This document shows, in pieces, positions 60,549 through 64,000 of a stretch of 64,000 nt of DNA (positions within the stretch are counted from its first letter, which is position 1; each line of letters begins with the position of its first letter). The translations under genes were made by a program, and so were the position numbers. Origin of the DNA: Macrostomum lignano (Eukaryota); assembly GCA_002269645.1 (NCBI GenBank), contig NIVC01000435.1, positions 62,001 through 126,000 of the forward strand. The letters are read 5' to 3'. The notes beneath the pieces are model-generated. The model did no database searches. It had not been told where the DNA came from and saw only the letters and a list, made by a program, of their open reading frames with translations.

Positions 60549-60839
60549 CACACATGCGCAACAGTCGGCCGAGTCGGCCGATACGGCCGACCGATTTGGC
60601 AGGCAACCAAGGAAGTCGCAAAAATGCCCACCCGAAAAATACCAGTGTAGTACTAAGTAGCTGACGAGGCATTTTGACTTTATAAGACAGTCATAGTTAC
60701 TCCTGCCGTTTACCCAAAGTTGCGTTAATTTTGCGTTAGGGTTTTTTTACATGTAAGTCGCATTTTTGGCCAACTACGTCGCATTTTTGTTAAAACTAAG
60801 TCGCATGGCCGACCGAATTTTGGAGGTTGCGCATGTATG
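60549..60839. mobile_element. hAT-type MITE
   Basis: TIR CA(C/T)ACATGCGCAAC (13/14); perfect TSD TTTATGAG. Confidence 0.9.
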
Positions 60840-60977
60840 TTTATGAGTGTAGTAAGTAGTGTAGTGGTAGAGGTTTAGCTTAGGCAACTGCCTAATTTGG
60901 CCAATTTAATTAATCTTAGTATCAGATTCCATCAAGGAGTAGACTACAGTGTATGCGAGAGCTAGTGAAATCTGTTC

Positions 60978-61481
60978 CAGGGGCGTCGCCATCGGGGGGG
61001 GGGGGCATGTGCCCCCCCCCCCGTTATAAAAATCAATAATTTTGCTTCAGTGCGACAAAATATAGCGCCTGCGGCAGCAAAATGGAAATTAGTACCTGCA
61101 GCGCAAAAAGGGTGCCTGCGGCCATAGGCGTCGGAAAAGGGGGGGTGTGACTTTTTGAGCGACCCTTGACATATATTTTCATCGCAGATCTAGATATATA
61201 TACGTCCGTGACTTACCAACAAAAAGCACTCATACAAGCTTCAATTCGTAAATTTCGTGATTTAAGCAGAGTTGACAATGTTTTCAGTAGACGACTGTTG
61301 TGCTACCCCCCCCCCCGGTCATCAACAGTTGTCTCATACCCCCCACTTTTTATAAGGTTCTGACGCCTATGCCTGTGACGCCACAAATGAGCGCTGACAA
61401 CACCGATTCTGAAAATAATGTACTTTTACGTGTAAAATTCTTGGCTTTGTCCCCCACCATAAATCCATGGTGACGCCCCTG
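60978..61481. mobile_element. hAT-type MITE (outer), hosting a nested MITE
   Basis: TIR CAGGGGCGTC(G/A)CCAT; perfect TSD ATCTGTTC. Confidence 0.9.
61123..61371. mobile_element. hAT-type MITE (inner, nested)
   Basis: TIR CATAGGCGTC(G/A)GAA (13/14); TSD cctgcggc/cctgtgac (6/8). Confidence 0.8.
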
Positions 61482-62867
61482 ATCTGTTCATTACAGCAGA
61501 AAAAATCCCGGGATTTGGGCCCAATCACAGGATCCCGGGATTGCGTTCACTTCACAAACTATTTTTCGTCTGCTTTGGCGATAAAGATTGGCGGCGCCTG
61601 TACTTGTGTTTACTGACTGACTGATGTCTTTAGTCTTGGTAGTAGAAGTTTAAACGAGTTCTTTATTTGATTACTTTTGATTTAACAATTGCACAGCCAA
61701 AAGTTAGTTCAGCAGAAGAGTTGTAAACAACGACATAAAATTCACTCCGGGTTGGATTAACGCCTTTTAAATCGAACCCTTGTTCACCCCTTTTGCATTT
61801 GGCCTCGCTGGTTCAATTAACACTTTCCCGTTCCGTCCAGAGTCCAGACCAGACGGCGCCAGTGAAATATGTAGGTCTGTTGCTTTCCTTCTCGCTCGCC
61901 TGCTAAGTTGGAACCTGAACCCCGTATAATATTATTAGTAGTAGTATAATGTCGATCACGTGAAAAGCTACTATTATTTATTTAATGTCAAGAAAACCCG
62001 GAAACTTCTCTAAGCAGTGTACTAGAAATTCAGAAATTCCTGAACCCCTTTGGTCCCTGGATGAATGAACTTGACTGTTTTAAAGTTGTTTATCGACGTA
62101 AAAACGTGTTTAAGCAGCACTTAACTTTTATTTGTATTTGTACGCTCGCGCGCGCCCAGGTCTTGATAGGAATTGACGCTTATCGTCTAATTAGATTAAA
62201 TATCATTTACTTACCTGATGCCTATAAAATGAGCACCCACTATTGTAATTTATTAAAAGGACAAAAGAATAAATTAGGAACCGGCTAGGGCCATGGGAGA
62301 GGAGGGAAAAGGAGCATAAGGTAGACTCTCAAAATCCTGCCGACACTCTAAAAAGGCCAACGGAGTTGGTCCATTGGGGGGTGGGCTGGGTTGGAAAACG
62401 CCAGTCAAGGATTGGCCTATTGAACGGAGGGGTGGTGGGAGAGGCCTGCGCAAGGGGGTTGGTTGGTTTGTGCCGCCGCCCCGTCCCACCCAAAACTAAA
62501 ATAGGGAGGGGGTTGTAAAGGCTCACGGCGGCGTGTGTAAAAGTAAAAAGAGATACAGCGTGACAAGAGAGCTCGGCCTGCGGACTTGCAGTTGGACCAA
62601 GCCTTGCAAATTTATTTTCATTCATTGATTTAGCTAAATTTCAAGTCTACGCGACCACTATATCGGCCTATATAAACAAAAAAAATTTACTTTAGGGGTT
62701 GCAGCGGTCTATTTTTAACGAACTTTTTCACCACTTCCGCTGGTTCCAATCTATACAGTGTAACAGTGGACAATGACAGCTCGGCGTGTAGTTTCGGCCG
62801 CGTTATTATTTCTGCAGGTGAGACTTGCGGTTTACTCAACTTTATTGGTAGTTGTTTAATTCACGAA

Positions 62868-62878
62868 AAAATGGCGGC
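62868..62878 (+). promoter_or_regulatory. YY1-like AAAATGGCGGC motif near a possible 5' end of a downstream gene
   Basis: Exact motif match in a CpG-richer patch, with CAG|GTGAG at 62817/18. No CDS follows within the window. Confidence 0.25.
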
Positions 62879-63134
62879 CATTGTGCCTGTGGTTGTGATT
62901 GTGACTGTGAGAGGTTAAAAAACTTGGAAAGTGAAAATTGAGGGCTGTAAATTGACTGGATGATCAACTGATTATCTCCTAGTCATTTCTTTCATAGAAG
63001 AGAGATTCTCCTAGTCATACTCATTCTCCTAGTCATACTTTCTTAACCATCAAATTTACAATCAGAAAAAAGTAAACAAGCCACAAGCGCTATTTGTTTT
63101 TGAATTGCACGACAGAGTCAGAGCAGAGGCGGAG

Positions 63135-63372
63135 TAGGGATTGCAATCCTGGGATTCCGGGATCAGTAGCGCAACCAGAAATTTTTCAAGGGGGGGCGGA
63201 TTCTGAGGGTAAAGTCACGGGAGGGGGGGGCGGCGGAGGGGTGGCTCTGTTTTTGGCGAAAATTCGCTTGGTCCCCCCTTTGATTTTTTTTCGGTCCCCC
63301 GCCCCCCCCCCCCTGGTTGCGCCACTGTCCGGGATCGCAAAAAGCCGGGATTTTGCAATCCCTCAATCCCCA
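63135..63372. mobile_element. hAT-type MITE (outer)
   Basis: Ends TAGGGATTG / (rc) TGGGGATTG; TSD aggcggag/aggcagag (7/8). Confidence 0.7.
63164..63327. mobile_element. hAT-type MITE (inner, nested)
   Basis: TIR CAGT(A/G)GCGCAACCAG (14/15); perfect TSD TCCGGGAT. Confidence 0.9.
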
Positions 63373-64000
63373 AGGCAGAGTCGACATTTGTCTTCGTGCA
63401 AGTCTGTCTGAGACAAACTGAGACAGCTCTCTGGGAAGCAAAAGCTTGAATAAACAGCCTTTTGTTCAAAATCCCCAGGGTCAGATGCTGCCAGAATAGC
63501 ACTTATCCACAGGCCACAGAAATCCCAGCAGTCAACCATAAAGTGCATGGTTCGTTTATACCAGAGTTTGTATTATTCCCCAATTATGAATTAAGAATCA
63601 ATCCCTAATTAGGCTAATTATCCCCAATTTGACATTTTGCTATTCTATTCCCATTTAGCAGTTATTATTTCCTGTTAACGATTATAAGAAACTATAAATT
63701 TGGCAGTGTGACCATTTAAACAAAGAAAAATCTGCTGTACATTTCTTACTACGGCTATAATATAGATTCTAGACGTATATGTTCGGGTTATACATACAAC
63801 AAAAACAACAAAACAGTTAGTGTATAAGCGCACACCTGAAAGGTATAAAATAGCGTTTATTTTATCAATAGATCTTAATTAACTAATTACTCCATTTAAC
63901 TCCATCCATGTGGACTATTTAGACAATTTGAAAGGGGTCAAAATTCCCCGGGGGAAGTCCGGTAGAAAGTCCGGGGAATCGGCATCCTCTAAATTGATCT

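Overview
Eukaryotic (animal) genomic DNA, not prokaryotic. GC-rich exons sit in AT-rich intergenic DNA, and almost every long intron carries its own private minisatellite. This style resembles a free-living flatworm such as Macrostomum (inference only). Six spliced or single-exon genes could be rebuilt by hand with frame-consistent GT-AG junctions: RPS15A (+; 2 coding exons around a 4.4-kb repeat-filled intron), a 7-exon homolog of plant NERD1/At3g51050-type FG-GAP beta-propeller membrane proteins (-), SARAF/TMEM66 (+), an MFSD4-type MFS transporter (-), HERPUD (-), and a ~1800-aa coiled-coil protein with an N-terminal CM1 motif (centrosomin/CDK5RAP2/myomegalin-like, +). There are about 20 tandem arrays, many short TIR/TSD-bounded non-autonomous DNA transposons (two nested pairs), and a 178-bp satellite block. 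The most striking signal is that several intronic arrays are built from copies of the neighbouring splice junction or exon start. Two cases are direct (64-bp x8 and 76-bp x3-5 duplications of a 3' splice site) and several more are suggestive. All family assignments come from recalled sequence motifs; no searches were run.
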